A stretch of DNA of 64,000 nucleotides from positions 34,534,001 through 34,598,000 of the forward strand of contig CM097887.1 in NCBI GenBank assembly GCA_044892525.1, read 5' to 3'. This stretch comes from Schmidtea polychroa (taxonomy: Eukaryota). A program made the position numbers and the translations under genes. This document shows, one piece after another, positions 62,589 through 64,000 of the stretch (position 1 is the first letter of the stretch; each line of letters opens with the position of its first letter). The notes beneath the pieces were generated by a model that was given only the letters and a program-made list of their open reading frames with translations, was not told where the DNA came from and did no database searches.

Positions 62589-62843
62589 CAGTGGCGGAAC
62601 TTCAAAATTTGGGCCCCCGTGCAATGTAAAATATTTCCACTTAATTTTTTCGGTTAAAGTTTAATACATAGTTATTCACAGCAGCCGCATTTCAATGATA
62701 GTTTTATGTTTGTAGGCAAATATAACTGCGGGAAAAAAGTTTCAGAAAATGATTGTAAATATTTTTTTAATAATAATTTTGGGCTCCTTATAGCTGGTGG
62801 GTCCCAGCAACGCAGGGTCCTGCGTCCACTAGTTACGCCACTG
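62589..62843. mobile_element. hAT-type MITE, 255 bp
   Basis: TIRs CAGTGGCGGAAC / GTTACGCCACTG and a perfect 8-bp TSD AATTTATA. Confidence 0.93.
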
Positions 62844-64000
62844 AATTTATAATTATAGTTTACTTGAATTATAATAGGAAATGACTAATATATTACTCGC
62901 CTCCTCCAAGTTAATTAGATATTATGTATATGTAAATTATCTAGTAATTTTATATTTATCTAGATTTCTTTTATAATAAATTTTTTTCTTTAGACTTTTT
63001 TCTTCCAGACTAATAATTCATCTAAACTATAATTAACAGCTAATTGTGTACGAAATTAAATGAAAAACACAATTAATTGAAAAAATTAATATTATTAAAT
63101 GAAATATTAACACTATTAAATGTAAAGATCATACACAAGCTGACATTTTTTCTGCGGTGCAACTCAGAACATTGAACACAGTATGGGGATAAATGTACAA
63201 AACATAAATAAAAAGTTACACGTAATAAAACAAATACAATAAAAACTTTTTATTTAAAACATAAATAATTCCAATAAGGGATTTATTTTAACTTAAAACT
63301 TTAAACGTCTTTATGCAATGGTATGAATCATTTTAGTTTTCACCGTAGTTTTCAATTACAATCTGAACAAGGAAATACTATAGAAACTAGATTAATTTTG
63401 ATAATAAACGAATTATTAATTCTGGGACATTTTTATAAACCTGTAATTATGTCAGGGGCAAAGTTAGAATCCCGGACGAATGGTCTCCTAATCCTATAAA
63501 ATAAAAAAACAAATATTCTTATATCCTTAATAAACCCTAACTGTTTTTTTGGAATTAGTTACTTTAGAATGAAAAAGTTTTAACATTAACCTTAATCTAA
63601 TTTATCCAAAATTCATGCGCTTTTAATGTAAATATAAACTTACATATTTTACATTATATAATTAAATAATTTAATAAACATTGACATGTAAGAAAATCAG
63701 GCTAATTTACGAATGTCAATTAATAATATATAAACTATGGTACAATTTAGTTGAAATGCTGAATGACACTTTTATAATCAAAAGTATTCAATCTAAATTT
63801 TGTTTATTTGAATTAATAAAATAATTGGATTTTATTAATAATATTTTAAAATCTTTAAAATTAAATTTTTTAAAAAATTTAAAAAATTTTAATTTCAAAA
63901 TATTTAATTATCAATGATAAAAAAATAAAAATAAAAATTTTGAAGTATAAAAAAAATTGAAATTTTAATTTTAATAGAATAATAAATAAAAATTATGCAA

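Noticed and set aside
63125-63505. Two GC-richer islands resembling small exons
   Set aside because: No recognisable protein on either strand and no consistent splice phase.

Overview
AT-rich animal genomic DNA. Host introns are 43-53 bp at minimum and the host uses the standard genetic code; a flatworm/planarian-like genome is an inference only. Three host genes are supportable: SIL1 (7 exons, minus strand, 33678-41357), an intronless SLC9A/NHE Na+/H+ exchanger (50004-52010) and the 3' exons of HDHD5/CECR5 (minus strand, 54658-58626). The rest is mostly transposon debris: hAT, MULE, piggyBac, Tc1, a Polinton end, Penelope-type hammerhead motifs and TOP2 5' fragments. The most unusual part is 1-30.5 kb. 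It holds a Ty3/gypsy gag with its PBS, plus four related long-LTR elements (A 1637-4734, B 14768-17492, D 18779-20850, C 27208-28574). These appear to share one architecture: an antisense ORF inside the LTR behind a splice acceptor (clear in A and B, weaker in D), an antisense CCAAT/TATA promoter and splice donor in the leader (B, C), and an antisense accessory cassette directly downstream of the PBS (B, C, D). The cassettes carry a TRAF homologue, an IAP-type RING protein and coiled-coil proteins, most with an AG acceptor-like site just before the ATG. No pol gene is in the window. Coordinates and alignments were read by eye and no database searches were run.
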